Source: a virus
Taxonomy: Duplodnaviria; Caudoviricetes
Length of the DNA stretch: 41,344 bases
Virus record (IMG/VR): IMGVR_UViG_3300035676_000021
Span: 1 to 41,344 of that record
Direction: 5' to 3' (one strand)
Shown: one piece after another, positions 39,930 through 41,344 of the stretch
How positions within the stretch are numbered: position 1 is the stretch's first letter
How the letters are laid out: every line of letters begins with the position of its first letter
Program-made: the position numbers and the translations under genes
The notes under the pieces: generated by a model
Database searches by the model: none
The model's input: the letters and a program-made list of their open reading frames with translations, nothing else
Told to the model about the DNA's origin: nothing

Positions 39930-40458
39930 AACTATCTTTGAACAGATACAAGAAAAAACTGGTGGAAGGAAACAATCAAGAGAATGGTATAGAACTCAAT
40001 TGAAAAATTCTGCTCCCAAAAATATCGTCACAGATGAAAGATCTGATGAAGTTGGAGATGAACTTGATCGTGATTTCAATATGGTAACCTCATTTCCAAG
40101 ATTGTATAATCTAATGTACTATGATTATAAAGCAAAGTGGAGAAGAGATCTTCCATACTATGACAAACATCCTTTAGTATTTGTTTTAGAAATAGATGGT
40201 AAATCTTTCTTTGGAGTAAATCTACACTACTATACACCAGAAGAACGTATGGGAATTGCTATGAGTTTAGCAGAAGATAGAATTCCAAAGTTTACTAAAG
40301 GTGCACATAAATACTTATTATCAGAGGTAAGAAGTCCTTATCTTATTTTGGCACAGAAAGAATGGCAAACTATGTCTCTACTTCCAGTAGAAGAATTTGT
40401 AAGGGACTTGGGTGGGGTAGAAATACCTATTCCTTCAACTAAAGTTTGGGGTAAATAA
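39919..40458 (+). CDS. gp2: DNA end protector gp2-like
   Basis: Y.Y.AK..LPYYD..PLV, F.GVNLHY and HKYL...VRS motifs. Confidence 0.8.
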   Translation: MAYKTIFEQIQEKTGGRKQSREWYRTQLKNSAPKNIVTDERSDEVGDELDRDFNMVTSFPRLYNLMYYDYKAKWRRDLPYYDKHPLVFVLEIDGKSFFGVNLHYYTPEERMGIAMSLAEDRIPKFTKGAHKYLLSEVRSPYLILAQKEWQTMSLLPVEEFVRDLGGVEIPIPSTKVWGK

Positions 40459-41344
40459 ATGGCAGCAACTATACCACCAGGATATCAAAATTTAGGAAGA
40501 TCTAAAGATGGTAATGGTGATGTTTGGGGTAAAAATATAAAGATAAAGGGGAAAGATTTTCAAGTAGTTGTAAATCCAACCACTCAACAAAAATGGTTGT
40601 ATGAGAAAGATCTTTATGGTAATGGAAAACCCCTATTTACCATTACCACAGATAGTCCTGCTGGATTTGCTAGGGATCGTTATGCAAATGGAGAACTTGT
40701 TCCAGAACTTCAAGACAATTTTTCATATTTTGAAAGAAAGAGTGCTCTAGAAGCAGCTGGATTGAATGGAAATTTATTGAGAGATCAACTACAAAAAGAA
40801 ACTCGTTGGGCAAACATTGAAAAGACTCAACCAGCACCTACACCTCCACCAGCACCAAAAAACCCAGAAAATGGTCCACAAGAAACTGGGGATGCTGGTG
40901 GTGGAACTCCACCAGCATCAAATTTTGACTCAAGTTTATTTAAAGATTTGACTGGAGAATTTGTAGATAAAAAAGAAAAGGAAAAATATAGTCTTTGGAA
41001 ATTAAAATATCCAGTGGATATGAGTGATCTTCAAGATAGAATAATTATCACTCAAATACAATATGTTCCTGGACTTAATGTATCTGGAGAAACAAATACA
41101 GATTCTGTAATCAGTGGAGAGTCTAGATTTAATGAAAGCAGAAACTCAAAAGAAAAAATAATTGGGAATGTAACTCTCCCAATGCCAAATGATATTTCAG
41201 AAAGTAATTCTGTTGGATGGGGGGAAGATAGTTTAGGAAACTTTGCAGCAAGTGTTATGCCTGGATTGATAGGTGGAGTTGCTGGAGTTACTGAAGGTGA
41301 TCTATCAGCACTAACAACATCTGCAGAATCTGCAATAAAATCTG
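40459..41344 (+). CDS. gp48: Baseplate tail tube cap gp48 (partial, runs off window)
   Basis: ATG at 40459; LKYPVDM...QDRI and IGNVTLPMPNDISESNSVGWGED motifs; synteny after gp2. Confidence 0.8.
   Translation, partial: MAATIPPGYQNLGRSKDGNGDVWGKNIKIKGKDFQVVVNPTTQQKWLYEKDLYGNGKPLFTITTDSPAGFARDRYANGELVPELQDNFSYFERKSALEAAGLNGNLLRDQLQKETRWANIEKTQPAPTPPPAPKNPENGPQETGDAGGGTPPASNFDSSLFKDLTGEFVDKKEKEKYSLWKLKYPVDMSDLQDRIIITQIQYVPGLNVSGETNTDSVISGESRFNESRNSKEKIIGNVTLPMPNDISESNSVGWGEDSLGNFAASVMPGLIGGVAGVTEGDLSALTTSAESAIKS

Overview
Late (virion-structural) region of a T4-like cyanomyovirus. The cp12 gene, tRNA-Leu(UAA), (A/C)TAAATA late promoters and the gp2/gp4/gp48/gp54/gp26/gp51/gp5-like baseplate block support this; a freshwater picocyanobacterial host is plausible but not shown. 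Positions 29157-41344 hold the conserved baseplate module, including two hub/tape-measure-like proteins with cell-wall hydrolase domains. Positions 1-27916 are a minus-strand fibre region with three paralogous beta-helix structural proteins, two very long collagen-like (Gly-X-Gln) fibres, a glycine-rich adhesin-like protein and three 2OG-Fe(II) dioxygenases. The most striking observation is two copies of a ~170-190 aa helical domain in the 1349-aa virion protein that aligns by eye with phycobiliprotein subunits, including the bilin-attachment C-x-R-D motif; this suggests a possibly bilin-binding virion protein. Four real genes are missing from the ORF track: 1-3573, 28949-29119, 37820-37999 and 40459-41344. 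All family assignments come from motif recognition without database searches.
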